A DNA stretch of 64,000 nt from Negaprion brevirostris (taxonomy: Eukaryota). Location of the stretch: assembly GCA_030324005.1 (NCBI GenBank), contig JARDVH010000073.1, positions 80,956,377 through 81,020,376 on the forward strand. Direction: 5' to 3'. A program made the translations under genes and the position numbers. Under the pieces are notes generated by a model, which ran no database searches, was not told where the DNA came from, and saw nothing but the letters and a program-made list of their open reading frames with translations. Below are positions 38,792 to 52,399 of this stretch, in pieces. Position 1 is the stretch's first letter. Each line of letters opens with the position of its first letter.

Positions 38792-40446
38792 TTCTTTATT
38801 ACATCTATTAATTCTCTATCATAATTTCCTCTATCATTTTACAACTATTTGGATACAATGCTTCTGTTGATAATATTTACTCCATCACACAGTTCAATGA
38901 AACTCTCCCTTACATTTTCACACATTGTTTTGGAGGAGGATGTTTGACTTCCTTCTACAGCACCACAATGTGTTTGAGACCAAGAACCAAATAGATTGGG
39001 TGAGAAGCAGCATGTACAGAAGTCAAACACATTTTTAAGCATTACATAATCCTCTATTCTGACTGGATGTTGTTTTTGTACATTTCCTTGTCCTCAAGCA
39101 GAAAGCATCTAGACAGAAGATTTGGTCCTTCCTGGCATTACCAGTTGCCTGCAGTGCAAACTGCTCAAAATGCACTATCTAACCTTCTTTACAGATGTCA
39201 TGGATGCATGACCATTCTGTGACCAAGATAAAATTCTATATTTATGTGCAATGCCAGAGACAGAACCTTTCTTTGACTACGTGAATGGAAAGTACATCAG
39301 CTTTAGGCTTCATTTCTCTCCTTTTTGGCACCTGATACATGGGACAAACTGATTGGAATACTAGCTGAGATGGCTCCTCGGATTGAAAGCTCTAGAATGT
39401 GAGCGGTTGCATCTCACTGACTGCTGGCCCATGTTCAAATCTCTAATATGAATGCAATGCACCATCCAGCATTTCACTTGAAATCTTTCATGACCAATGG
39501 ACTACACAGGACATCAAATGTTTCAAGTGTCAATAAATATAAGTATATATAGTCCATTAGGAAGCATATTCTGTGATTATGGGCTGTCATCTTTTTTTAA
39601 TAGTGTTTCTGACTTGGCAATTTTAGCTCTGATGACAGTGAGGCTCCTCCAGTGCAATGCAACAGACCTGGTCATAAACTGTAAGGCACCAGACATGAAA
39701 GTCTGTCTGCAACAGCACTTTAAAAAAGGACTAAAGGAGACTAAAAAAAAACAATCTTTTGCAAAGCATTCAATTAAAGAGCCAAGCAAGTTTGGAAATC
39801 TCATCTCCTGGACCCTGATGCATAGTCCTCTGGGTGACCAGCCAGAAGATAGATTAAGTTAACCCAGGAAGCTAAGCCCCAGAACCCTCCATATCCTCTC
39901 CCCGTATTTAGATTAAATTTTCATTTAAATGATTCTAAAGCATTTTCATCTAACACCATACCAGTAAGTTCATTTCACGTGTGAATAACAACTTCTGGGA
40001 AATTTATATTCTATTAATTTAAAATTCTGTCCTCTTGTCCCATTGCACAAGTCTGCTTTGTGATAATGCTCATGTGCTAACTTCCCTAAACAATTTACTA
40101 TCATAAATGTCTCAATATCGTTAGCTCAGAGTCCCATTTCTCAATGACACCAGATGCAGAAATACAGGATTGCATATTATTACTGCACGACTAATGACCC
40201 CAATCTACAGTTTAAAGTGCTTTAACAAATTGGCTATTGACATTTTCCAGCATATTATTTCCTTAATTTGCATTGTAATACTTTGATTTTTTTCTTGGCT
40301 CTTTCTCATTTTGAGCCATGGCCAAATTGAACTTTAGAATTTTGTAATTAATCAAATATTATGAAAAGAACAGTACATGTCCGAAACCTTCAATCTAGCT
40401 GGTTGTAATTTCTAGCCATTACAATATACATAGACATATAGACACA

Positions 40447-41225
40447 ACCATCTTCAGCTGCTTCATCAGTGACCTTCCTTCTATCACAAGGTCAGCAACG
40501 GGGATGTTCACTGATGATTGCAGAATGTTCAGCACCATTTGCAACTCATCAGATACTGTCGCAGCCCATGTCTAAATACAGCAAGGCATAGACAACATCC
40601 AGGTTTGGACTGATAAGTGGCAAGTACAGCCATTGCTATATAAACATCCTATCAGTTATTGATGATGAAAAATGGAACTAGATAAGTCATATAACTACTG
40701 TAGCTACCAGAATAGGTCAGAGGCTGGAAATCCTGAAAGTCAGGAGTATGACGGAATACTCTCCACCCATTCGTATGAGTGCAGCTCCAAAAAAACAGAA
40801 GCTTGCTGTCATCCAGGTCAAAGTAGCTCACTTCATTGGCATCCTTTCCACAAACATTCACTCCCTCCACCACTGATGCACAGTGCCAAGAAATAACCAA
40901 GGCTCCTTAAACAACATCATCCAAGCCCATGACTACCACCATCTAGAAGGACAAGGGCAAAAGACACATGGGAAACCCACCATCTGGAAGTTACCCTTCA
41001 AGTTGCTCATCATCCTGACTTGGAAATATATCACAATTTCTTCACTGTCGCTGGATTAAAATCCTGAAACACTCCCTAGTGGCACTGTGGGTGTACCTAC
41101 ACTACATGGACTGCAGCAGTTCAAGGAAATAGCTTACCACCCATCTTCACAAGGGCAGTTAAGATTGGGCAATAAATGCATGCTGGCCTAGCCAGCAAAG
41201 ACATCCCTTGAATTAATAAAAAAAT
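40447..41225 (+). mobile_element. CR1-like LINE 3' fragment (RT C-terminus and 3' UTR)
   Basis: IFSCFISDLPS...MFTDDC (FADD-like), WTDKWQV; end gggcaataaatg...atcccttgaattaataaaaaaa. Confidence 0.8.
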
Positions 41226-41654
41226 CAATCACATAATACAAGCAGTTAAAGTTGACATTTTCTTATAGTTCTGAGTAGCTGGACAGGAATCTAGGATACT
41301 GTTGAATCCTGTAAGCAGCTGTTCGTATGCATACCACAAACGAAAGGAAGCCAAGGAAGGGGCAACAATTTTGTACATGTGCAATTGTTAAGTCTTTTCA
41401 GTTATCTCCATTGAAATGCTGAAAAAAGATATATTGGTCACAAAAGACTGCAATCACAATAAATAATTTTTAATGCTGTGTTGTTTGCCAGCTTTTGCAT
41501 TCAGTTCCGCTCAAAACTAAATGTACAGAAGCCCTTAAATGTACTAGGTATCATTTCACAGTTTGTACATGACAAAACTCAAATGTAGCAAACAGCAAGG
41601 AGAACAGTAACAGCTATTTCAGGAGGACATAGATAAATTTGTGAAATGGACAGT

Positions 41655-41922
41655 GTACCCAGGTTTATTTCCAGCCTGCGGTAACTGTGTGCAGTTTGCA
41701 TGTTCTCCCCATGTTTGTATGGGATTCTTCTGGGTCCTCAAATTTCCTCCAAAGATGACCAGGTTAGGTGGATTGGCTTTGCTAAGTTGTCCCTTAGTGT
41801 CAGGGGGGGTTAGCCAGGTAAATACATGTGGTTACAGAGACATGGCCTGGGTGGGCTTGTTGTTGGCGCAGACTCGATCGATTGAATAGCCTCCTTCTGC
41901 ACTTTAGGGATTCTATGATTCT
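41655..41922 (+). mobile_element. HE1-type V-SINE, head truncated
   Basis: V-domain and tail tagcctccttctgcactttagggattctatgattcta. Confidence 0.85.
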
Positions 41923-42307
41923 ACATGGCAAAGTAAATTTAATGCAAAGAAATGAGAAACTTTGCATTTGAGTCAAATATGCCATATTCAGAAATGAGGG
42001 TAAAAATGTGATGGGTTTTCATGCCATTGCAAATAGGAAAGAAGAATCCCAACAAAGTTACCAAACCTGCAGCAAGTGTGGTGTTGTTGCTATCTGACGT
42101 GCTGACCTCTACCTTGCAGAAGCTGAGTGTCAATCCTTTCCCACCATTCTTGTACCATGACCTCAACACGAAACACTAAGCAATTTTTTCCAGTATTGTC
42201 ACTAATTTCATTTTTTCTGGAGATCTTCCCTCCAGCTTCCCACCTTCCCCAACCTCAAACAATCCTCTTCGACCTCCTCCCCAAAATCCATAGATTGATC
42301 CATTGTT

Positions 42308-42500
42308 GTGCAGGTTAGGTTGACTGGTCATGCTAAATTGTCCTTTAGTGTCAGGAAAATTAGTAGGTTAAATATGTGGGGTTATGGGAATAGGGCCTGG
42401 ACGGGATTGTTATCATGGGGTTAGGGCTGGGCGGGATTGTCATCGGTGTAGGCTCAATGGGCCAAATGGCCTATTTCTGTACTGTAGGAATTCTATGATT
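42308..42500 (+). mobile_element. HE1-type V-SINE 3' part with internal ~30-bp duplication
   Basis: atggg..taggg.ctgg.cgggattgt.atc occurs twice (42384-42444). Confidence 0.85.
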
Positions 42501-43929
42501 CAGCCTGTTTCCTCCCCACTGACCTCATTTTTTCAGTATTATTTTTTCTTCTCTTGTCTAGTCCTTTCCCACCTACAGCTATGGCCGTTCTAATAACCTA
42601 TGTCCGTTTAACATTTTCCAGTTTTTTTGACCTAGCCATCACCTTTTCAATATATATGGCCAATCCCTCTACACCTCCACCCCTAACCAGGATGGTCTAA
42701 GGGTTTACCCTTCTCCCTTGAATGGAGGCCTGACAGTCCCACCCATCATCAACCTCATCTGCTTGGCTGAATTTGCGTCTGCATTGAACAATTTCTCCTT
42801 TATCTAATTTCCTCCAAACAAAGTGTTACAATGGATATCTGCATGCATCCATGTTGTCTTGTCTTTTTGTGGGGAATGTGGAACATTCCTGGTTCTGTTC
42901 TACTCAGGGCCCCCTCCCCCAACTCTTTGGCTGATATTTTGATGGCTGTTTCTTATTATTGCCCATATCTGGAAATTTTAGTAACTCCAATTCCAAATTC
43001 CATTCTTCACTCACATTCACATGGTTCATCTCTGACACTTCCCTTCCCTGACCTCTGTATCTCCATTTCTGGGAATAGACTGTCTATTAATATTCAGTAA
43101 GAGTCCACCAACTGCCATAGCTACCTCAACTACACTTCCTTACACCTTGAATCCTGCAAGAATTTAATTCCATTCTTCCAGTTTCTCTCTCCAACGTGTC
43201 TGGTTCTGAGGATGTTACCTTCTACAACTGTTCGTCGAACACGTCTTCCTGTTTCTTCAACTGGGGATTCCCAACACTGTGGTTCACAGGGCCATCAATT
43301 GTGCCCAATCCACTTTATGTACTTTAGCTCTCATCCCAACTGCTCCATCAGTAACCACAGCAGTGTTTCCGTAGTCCTCGCGTTCCATCCCACCAGCCTT
43401 TACATTCAAAGAATCATCCTCCACTATTTCTGTCACATCCAGCACGATACCATCATCATATGCATCTTTCCCTCCCCTCCTCTGTCAGTACTTTGAAGGG
43501 ACCTTTCCTTCAACAACACCCTTGTCCAATGTTCAATCACTGGCAGTACCTCATCCTTTTCAAATGGCATCTTCCTGTGCAATCGAGTCGTTGTGACACC
43601 TGCCCTTATAGCTTGTCTCTCCTCATCTTCCAAGGACCTAAATATTCCTTCCATGTGAGGCAGGGAATTAAACTGTACTGCTTTCAATTTAGTATCTTGT
43701 ATTCACTGCTTACAATGCAGTCTCTATACTGGGGAGACCAAAGGCAGATTGGGGAAATCGTTTTACGGAACACCTCCTCTCACTCAGCAAGCATGATCCC
43801 AAGTTGCTTCTCACTTTAATTCACCAACTTGCCCTTACACTCACATTTTTGTCATTGTCCTGCAGCAGTGTTCTAGTGAAGCTCAACACAACTTCTAGGA
43901 ACAGTACACCTCACTTATCTTATTTTTAG

Positions 43930-44245
43930 AAACTTATTCTTTCATGGGATGTGGGCGTGACCAGTAAATCAGCAGTTATTGCTCAACTCCAACTGCCCTT
44001 GAACTTATTAGCATGCTAGGACATTTTAGAGTCAACCACATCATTGTGGGACCAGGAAAGAATGGCAGATATGTATCAGATAGGTTACAGCAAATGATGA
44101 TTACAGAGACCAGCTTTCAATTCCGGATTTTATTCACTGAATTTAAATTCCCCCAGCTGCCATGGTGGGACATGCACCCACGTCCCCGCAGCATTTCCGT
44201 GACTTCTGGAATGCTAATCCAGTAGCATCACCATTATACCACCGT
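43930..44245 (-). mobile_element. tRNA-headed SINE with the tail of the 40447-41225 LINE family
   Basis: Reverse complement starts ggtggtataatggtgatgctactggattagcattccag and ends cacgcccacatcccatgaaagaataa. Confidence 0.65.
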
Positions 44246-44445
44246 GTTGATCTCTTCCGATAACAGGAGTTCAAAAATTCCAGACCACGCACTCTGTTCC
44301 CATGTTGATTTTTTTTGCCATGTGCCAGTCAAAGTCTTGTTTTTCATGTTTTTTGCTTTCAAACAAAGCTATTTGTGAATCAGCCATTCATGCACTCACT
44401 CTGGACAAATGCTTTGTCTTGTTATCAGGAGCATTACTGTTCCCT

Positions 44446-44571
44446 TGCCAGAATTTTACCGGCATGCTCACTCCAGAATTCAGGCGGGCAAAACTCGCAG
44501 GATGGCATTCTTTGTTGGCCTCAGGCAAGATCTTACAAGCCTCGGGCAGACGAGGCAGTGAAATTCCAGCA
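44446..44571. mobile_element. PIF/Harbinger-like MITE
   Basis: TGCCAGAATTT / AAATTCCAGCA termini; interior similar to 61668-61793. Confidence 0.6.
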
Positions 44572-45179
44572 TCCGTATCTTTTGTTCCATGATATTTCTG
44601 TCATTTAATCTCTCCCACCCACTACTTATCCCAGACCTCGCTTTTATTCTGCCTACCCCTTCCTGCCTTTCAATGGCAAAAATCCCATCACATTTCTGCC
44701 TTCCTTCAGTTCTTAATACACATATTTGACATGAAACGTTAAATCTGTTTCTCCCTCTACAAATGTTTCCAGATGAGCTCAGTCTTTTCAGCAGTTTGTT
44801 CAATCAAATGTTACCAGGGATAAGCAAATTCAGCTATCCCTAGAATGTTTAGAGAAGTAGGGATTGTTCTTTTTAGAGCACAAAAGGTTATGCAGAATTT
44901 AACTGATGTTCACAGAGAGAGAGAGAGAGAGGAAAGAGAAATTTGCCCATGTAGGATTACTATACTGACTACATCATTTCTCCAGGGAAGAGTGTGCCGT
45001 GGCTGCTACCTACATGTTGGTACTCATTATCACTGAAGAACACCATGTGGGCCACACAGGCAGTGGTGCATGGTACCTCTGCCACCCCACTCCACCTTGG
45101 GAAATGACAGTCTGCATAGCCTCTCTAGCAGCATGTGAACAAATTTCTCCCCAAAGGGTTGTAGCAGCATACATAGTGA

Positions 45180-45480
45180 AAAAGCAGTTTCCACTGGAAA
45201 GAGAGTCAGTAACCAGAGAACACAGATTTAAGATAACTGGCAAAACAAGGAGGGGCGATGAGAAGTTTTCTTGTGTGTGAAGTTATGATGGTCTGGAGCG
45301 CACTGCCTGAAGGATCAGTGAGCGCAGATTCAGTAGCAGCATTCTAAAGGCAATTGAAAAAATACTTAAAAAGAAAATGTTTTAAGGGCTATGGAGAAAT
45401 TGCAATGAAGTGGGGCTAATTGTATGGTTCACTCAAAGTTAGTACTAGCGCAATGAGCCAAATGGCCTTCTTAGTGCTCA
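45180..45480 (+). mobile_element. CR1/HER1 3' end
   Basis: aaccagagaacacagatttaagataactggcaaaa...ctggagcgcactgcctga...gagccaaatggccttct. Confidence 0.75.
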
Positions 45481-46329
45481 TTATTTGATGTGTCACAGGG
45501 AAGAACTTACCACCACATTCATTAAGGGAACTTCAAACTGAAACAGCAGGGAAACTAAAAACAGGCCTAAGATTTCCACAAGTCTGAATTAATTTATTCA
45601 ATGAATTGTATGCATTTTATTCTGAATAACCTGCATGTGCTTTTGATGCAAAAATTAGCACTGTACATGAAACATTAACTCAACTCTCAGCTATCACATA
45701 TTGCAACAACTATTCTGTACTGTGCCCTGTTCTGAGATTTTCATAATGTTCAACGATCAAAGCAAGCCAGACCATTTCGTCAATGAGGTGAATTGAAAAA
45801 TGCCCACTTCAACTCAAGATGTTAAATATACAAAGAAGCAGTGATTATATTCCGTAAAACTACCATTAAAGTGCATCTACCATACTCATTTTACTGAGAA
45901 GAAAGTTGCACGGAACTACTTCTGGTTTGCAATTCTAAAATGTCATGCATTTAAATGCCTTCACCAGTGCAATTGAAACTCCCATCCCAATCTGCCAACA
46001 TAATAGAATACACAGGATGGAATGAGTTAATATCAAATAGCTGCACTGATGAGTTCAAAGAATTTCAAATTGTAGCCGTACAACTCATATCTGAATAATA
46101 AGATTTTTCTTGCTATTGTTTTGATGTATTTTTTTGACCATTGGAGGTACATTCTCTTATTTTGTGAAATGACGATTATATTCTCATGTTGTTGCAGAAT
46201 TTATGTACAAAGTTCTCTTGTCAATTAAGAGACTGCCCATAATTCTCATCAAGTATTATACCAAAGCTGTCAATTCACATCTAAAACTACATTTTCAAGA
46301 TCGAGTTCAACAATTTTAGACTGCAATCT

Positions 46330-46885
46330 CTTCCCCTATTTTATTTCTCTTTTCAGATTCCAGTTTCAGTATCCTGCTTGCCTTGTTTTCTTGTTTTCAG
46401 ACAGCAGCTGTTCAAAATCTGTCATTCACATGTCTTCTAGAAATAGCTTTTGTTTCTTCACTTATCCTATTACCACTCCCTTTGGCCTTACGCCAACAAT
46501 TCTTTTTGCCATTTAATCTCGGCTGCCACCACATCACAGATCTTCCCTTTTGTTGTATTTCCACTACATTTCCCCTCTTTCCCCACCATCTCACCACCCA
46601 CCCCTCATCCATCCCATTTTGCTTGCTTAAAACCTATTACAATTCTAACTTTTTCAAGTTCAGGTCATTGACCTGAAACATCAACTGTTTCCCTCTCATT
46701 AGATGCTGCTTAACATGTTGAGCATTTCCAGCATTTTCTATTTCAGATATTCAGGCTGAAAACCTACCACCTTGCCCGCCCTGGAATCAGGGTGGGCAAG
46801 GTTCCCAGAACGTTAATCTCTGTCCGAGCGAGGCTGTAAAATCCCGCCCTCAGAGTCTGCAGTATTTTGCTCTTGTATTATGTAT
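46330..46885 (+). mobile_element. Penelope family B pLTR remnant with a MITE at 46754-46849 (TSD TCA)
   Basis: aggtcattgacctgaaacatcaac...gatgctgc...tttccagcattttc; MITE ends aaaatcccgccc; TCA at 46751-46753 and 46850-46852. Confidence 0.65.
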
Positions 46886-46914
46886 TCTTTTTATCAGCTC
46901 CATCTTTGAGCACT

Positions 46915-48255
46915 AGATGGCATGTAATGCCAGATCCCCAGGGGCCTGTTCTGGGGCCTCAGCTTTTCGCTACGTTTATTAACAACTTGGTTGAAAAAAT
47001 AGAGTGAAATATCCAAGCTTGTAGGTGGCACTGTTGTTATGACCAGATGAGGAAGGATAGAACGGCTCCTCTCAGTAGTCCCTCTGGATTCAGTGTTGAG
47101 GTGGTTAAATGATGCTGTAGGTCAATGTATCTTTACTTCTAAAGACAGCAGCAGCAGGATTGATTCAAAATCCCTGCCTGTGGTGAGTGGATAGTCAAAC
47201 AAAAGACATTTAAACTTGCACGTTGAATGCGAAGTGAGAGAGACAGAGAGAGAGGAGATCCATGCTGAAGTTTTCCCACTTTGTCATCTTTTCTATTTCT
47301 GTCAGTGGCCTGGAGAAAATAGTTCTTAAAACACAAGAGAGTTTTAGTTGGCTTGACAATGATCCTCTCTCATCAACTGACCGGTGACCCAAGTATGGTT
47401 ATGGTTAGTGGATTCCAGGAGTAACTTGCTTAGATCATGGCTGGCTGAATTCCTCTGTCAGCCAGGATCCTTTAGCTAAATAGATTAGTTCTAATGCGTG
47501 TTCCCTACCCAGTTGAGTCTGGATTCCTGCAAGTTAATCAGGAAACGTGGTTCATTCATATTCTTTTCAAGTGAGTATCTTTGATGGGTTTCTGGAGACA
47601 GTTTGGCTCCAACCTATGGCTTTGTAATTATCATGTTGAATGACACAAATGTTTAGCCATCTTAATAACTGGAATGTTGCCTCAGTCACCAATGGGCAAG
47701 CAGTTAGAAGAGATAGTTAGCAGTGGCTGGGGGGGGAAGCAACTGCAGGATTTAGTGCCCTGGGTTGGGGTGGGTGTGTTTAACTGCAGAATATTGCTGG
47801 AGATCCATCTTCATTTTCAGGAGATCCATCTTCTTTCTTCAGTAATGAGTCAGTGGTGTTNNNNNNNNNNNNNNNNNNNNNNNNNNNNNNNNNNNNNNNN
47901 NNNNNNNNNNNNNNNNNNNNNNNNNNNNNNNNNNNNNNNNNNNNNNNNNNNNNNNNNNNNGATTTGACAGCATAGATATAGGGTAACCATCACCTCCTGT
48001 GGGGAAATCAAGAACAAGCTAAGCTATTCACGAGGAACATCAAGGAGCACTTTTTCCACACAAAGTGGTTGAAATCTGGAAATGTCTCCAGCTGAAGATG
48101 GTGGATACAAGATTAATTGCAGCTTTCGTGATAAACAGCTTTTATCAGATAAAATCAAAGAATTTGAAGCAATGGTGAGTTATTGGAATCAAGGTGCAGT
48201 TCAACCTCCAACTGAGCAGACTTGAAATGCTGAATGGTATTCCTGTTCCTATCTT
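46915..48255 (+). mobile_element. CR1 remnant (46915-47032; 47961-48255) interrupted by an LTR-like segment starting TGTTATGAC at 47035
   Basis: PQG.VLGPQLF..FIN.L motif; 3' UTR ctgaatggtattcctgttcctat; other end of the LTR-like segment not resolved. Confidence 0.55.
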
Positions 48256-48802
48256 ACACACGCATGCACGGGCATACACGCACACGCCCCCTTTTCTTTC
48301 TAGTGGACTATATCTAAACCCAGAATTCAAATAAGCTCAAAATATGCAATATTTAATATAATGTACCAAAATACTGAATTCTGAACTGTTGGGTATTTCA
48401 AGTTCATTAATGCAACTTCATTCAATGTACATGGATTTAATTTGTTTCACAGGATGGAATTCTTCCATTTTGAGATTAAGTAGTGGGGGACAGGAATGCA
48501 GAATGTTTCTCACCACATGGGCTGGTGGGAAAACAAACCAAAACAAACCTGACCACATTAATTATGCAGCTAGGTGCTTTGCATCATATTCAGTGGCAGA
48601 GAGGCCTGGATGGTACATACTCCACCATCGTGTCTGGATGCCATATCAAAGAGGGGTCCAACACCACTGACTCATTACTGAAGAAAGAAGATGGATCTCC
48701 TGAAAATGAAGATGGATCTCCAGCAATATTCTGCAGCTAAACATACCCACCCCAACCCAGGGCACTAAATCCTGCAGTTGCTTCCCCCCCCAGCCACTGC
48801 TA
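47718..48802. repeat. 143-bp inverted duplication (47718-47860 vs 48660-48802)
   Basis: 141/143 identical as reverse complements; the left copy abuts an N gap. Confidence 0.9.
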
Positions 48803-48909
48803 TAGTATCCGTGGTGCAGGGTTGCCAATGGCCTCCATCCTAAACTCCAGAATACAATCACTAAAAAAAGGTCTACTTTTACTTTGCAGCATCATTTAAC
48901 TGCCCCAGC

Positions 48910-49443
48910 TCCTCTGTGGTCAAAAACCTCGTCATTCATACCTTTCTTACCTCTAGATTTGTCTATTTTAAAACATTCCTCGCTGGCCTTCCACATTTGG
49001 AACTCTGTAAACTTGAAATCATCCAAATTCTGTTGTCCATCACCTTAGTTCCATCAAATCACACTGACTCAATCTATGGCTGGCTAGCCTACAGTGACTC
49101 CCGGTCAAGGATAACTTCAATTTTAAAATTCTCACCCTTTTCTCCCCCAGTCTCTCTAATCTTCTTTTGAGATCCTTTTGAGATATTTGCAATCCTCTGA
49201 TTCTGGCCTCTTGAACATCTGTTTTCACTTCACCATATGTTCAGCTGATTGCATCTGAAGGTCTGAAATCTCCTTTCTAAATCTTTTGTCTTTCAAGATG
49301 CTCCTTCAGACCTACTTGTTATTGGCACTTCTTCTAATGCTGCCTTTGTGCTTGGTATCAAATTTGTGTTTAGAACTCTCCTGTATGATGTATTTTATGA
49401 TGTTTATTACACTCAAGGTACAATACACATACATGTTGTTGTT
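48910..49443 (+). mobile_element. L2 LINE 3' end
   Basis: LVIHTFLTSR..Y...LAGLP motif; ttttaaaattctc; tail catgttgttgtt. Confidence 0.75.
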
Positions 49444-52187
49444 AAAAAAAGGGCAGCCAACAGTGGAAACCGCAGTGATGGCACTTCTGCTCTCCCCCAT
49501 TGGTGCCAAAATGATACAATTATTAGGAAAACTTGTAAATGACTGAGCAATGTGTCCTCTTTCACAGAACTTCAATGCAGTGTTAAGGTAACCCACTTGT
49601 GACACTAATAAATAAACGTAAAAAAATTCTTTTGGATGAAAGGTTGCTTTGTAAGTTACCACTTGCAATTTTCAGGTAAAAATGGATGGAGATGGCATTG
49701 CATGCACTCTAGGATTTGTAGCAAGTAGTGAGTGATCTAACCACAGGTCGCAAGATGGTGTGGACGCTCACGAAAATTACAGATTCTCTTCTTGGAGAAT
49801 TTTCTGTGGGAGTAAAGAACTGTTCTTGCTTCTACAGAGACACTGCAGCCTGCTGCATGCCTGTGCCCGATCTCCTCCAGCAGTGACAATCCTTCAGCAC
49901 CTTGAACCTGCTTGACTGTGGGAACCAATTGATTTCCTACCATTCTACTGTTGGCAATCTCCAACAAGGCACCTGTTGTTTGCTGATGGCGTCCAAATAA
50001 GCCGAATCTAAGCTTCATTCAGGATCTGTTGACTTCATGGCCACTTTGGGAAAATATTAAATATTTTCCTTCACTTCTTAAGTGTTCTACGAGTCATGAG
50101 TTAGCCATGTTAGCAATTTCTACCAACATACCAGGATGGAAAAGATCTTCTGAACCCTTCTCTGATTTTAAAGATTATTTACTTTCACGAACATAGATTT
50201 TGTCAGAATGGCTGGCACAAGAATTTTGACTTGTGCATGTGTTCTGATGGTCACTCATCTCATTATTGTTGATATGAATCAGTATCAAATTTGGTTCTAG
50301 AATTCCTTCCCAAGATCAAAGACTGTAATATGTAATGCCTGCTCTTAGTTTCTTTTAATGTCTACTTTGACTTGCTCAAAATATCAGAAGACAAAACCAT
50401 GGGTACTGATCATCTTTATATTACAACTACACTTCAAAAGAACTTCAGAGGCTATAAAATAGGAGGTTGTGAAAGATACAATAGAGAATGAATCAGTTTC
50501 AAGTAGGCAGTTTCAATTCAACCTATTAGTTACATATTTCTAAGCTGTGTGCTTTTCTTGTATGTAATTGTTAAACTGTACACTTCAGAATTTTAGTAAT
50601 ATGCACATCTTGACAGTTTCACAAAGCTTTTTCAAATAATTGTCTCAGTAGATTTATGGTCATTCCCCATAACTTTGGAATGTTTGCGCCCAAAATACTT
50701 TCTTTGGTCCAAACTGCCTGAATTGAGTTGACATAAATGCTAGTGAGGCACATAGTCTGTAGGTTGTAGTAATACTGCACTCAAGTTTTGAATTCCAGCC
50801 ATCAATTGTAACCCTCACTGCCTTGTTCATATTGCAGTTCTTCAACATAATGTTTCTCTCACCAGACACTGCAGCTCTTGAACTCTCAAAATGCTCATCA
50901 ATCTAATGCTCCACTGTATCCTTTTCAAGTAGTTGTCTTAATGGGTGTTGTGACATCTGACAAATTAGGCAGTGGCTTGTTTAAATAGTTTGCCATCTAA
51001 TGAAATGGTTCCAATGTTTTTGTTGCTCATTTCTTCGCCCCATANNNNNNNNNNNNNNNNNNNNNNNNNNNNNNNNNNNNNNNNNNNNNNNNNNNNNNNN
51101 NNNNNNNNNNNNNNNNNNNNNNNNNNNNNNNNNNNNNNNNNNNNATAAAGGTTGATAAAGTTTTTGCTAAGTGTCCTCAATTTTATATTTTGAACTTGTC
51201 ACTTATTTGCATTCTCTTACTTGTTACATGACTTTTTTCAACAATATTTGATTGTATACCATGTTCACTTCAGAAAATAACATCCATAGTTCCTGCCAAT
51301 GTCATCTAACAGCTTAAAAAAGTGTTGGTAATTTCTGGAACTGGTATGATCTCTGGGAAAAGTCATTTTGTATTAACATATCTGTCAAAAGATCCTTAAG
51401 TGTGCGCAACTTTAAAGTTTCTTTATTGCCAGCCACCTCAATTTGCATCATGTGATTTTAGCACTTGATAAACATGACACTACTCCCTTTGCAGTATGCA
51501 CTGAAAAATATATATTTTCTCAAAGATTTACACAGAGCAAAACAAGTTGTAACATTGAGAATATAACTTCATACAATGGATGATTCAGATTGAGTTTGTT
51601 AACACAGATCATAAATTGTAAAGGTAATGGTCATTAAAGGTTACGGTAACTTAAGTCGTAAATTATATTCTCATTCATTCACTGGCTTCAAATGTTCTGG
51701 CTTTATTTTAGTATGCTTTCTCTATTCTATCTACTGCATTACATGCAAAGTGTAAATATCACTTCCCTTAGTGGATGTATGACAGATTGAGCATTTGATT
51801 TTAGTTGTTTGGTCTGCCCTCTTGCTATTTAACTCGAATCCTTTTAAGTATATCAACGTCACTGTCACTTTAGCATTGATTGCTGGTAACTGCCTTAGTT
51901 TGTTAAATCAATCTTATCTGCAGGCATTGTGGAATGCCAAGAATGGGCTGTGTTTGCTGTACTTTGGTAAGTCTACTTTCCTGAACATATTATATTTTAC
52001 TTTTACTTTGATATTTTGATCAGGGTATGATCCTTGGCTCAATTTTATATTCAGTCAAAAGATTGTGGAACAATGTACTGAACTTCTGTACTTAAATTTC
52101 TTTTCTCCTTGATTTTCTTACGAGAATTATTTTAACTTGCTTTATTTTAGCAAAATGGTGTCATTTTCCCCTGTCGCTACGTTTTTG

Positions 52188-52399
52188 ATGTGGAGATGCC
52201 GGCGTTGGACTGGGGTAAACACCGTAAGAAGTCTCACAACACCAGGTTAAAGCCTAACAGGTTCTTTTGGTAGCAAAAGCCACTAGCTTTCATAACGCTT
52301 GCTGCCACCTGACAAGGGGGCAGCAAGTGCTCCGAAAGCTAGTGGCTTTTGCTACCAAATAAACCTGTTGGACTTTAACCTGGTGTGGTGAGACTTCTT
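52188..52399. mobile_element. 212-bp fold-back Penelope family A insertion with hammerhead motif and 12-bp TSD
   Basis: TSD gctacgtttttg / gctacatttttg; arms 52226-52306 and 52319-52399 (81 bp, 9 mismatches); CAC-CTGACAA...GCTCC-GAAA-GC-TA-GTG. Confidence 0.85.

Larger units (their letters stand above)
42140..44805 (+). mobile_element. Decayed Penelope-like element, family B (RT, GIY-YIG endonuclease, pLTR) with three nested inserts
   Basis: LLPKIH at about 42273; RT motifs; C-x-x-C and Y.GETK.RLG...EHL (about 43700-43776) of GIY-YIG; pLTR gaaacgttaaatctgtttctc at 44733. Confidence 0.85.

Noticed and set aside
49737-50018. 93-aa minus ORF with a faint Myb/SANT-like 'VEAR.VLY' segment
   Set aside because: Similarity too weak; no flanking TIRs or splice support
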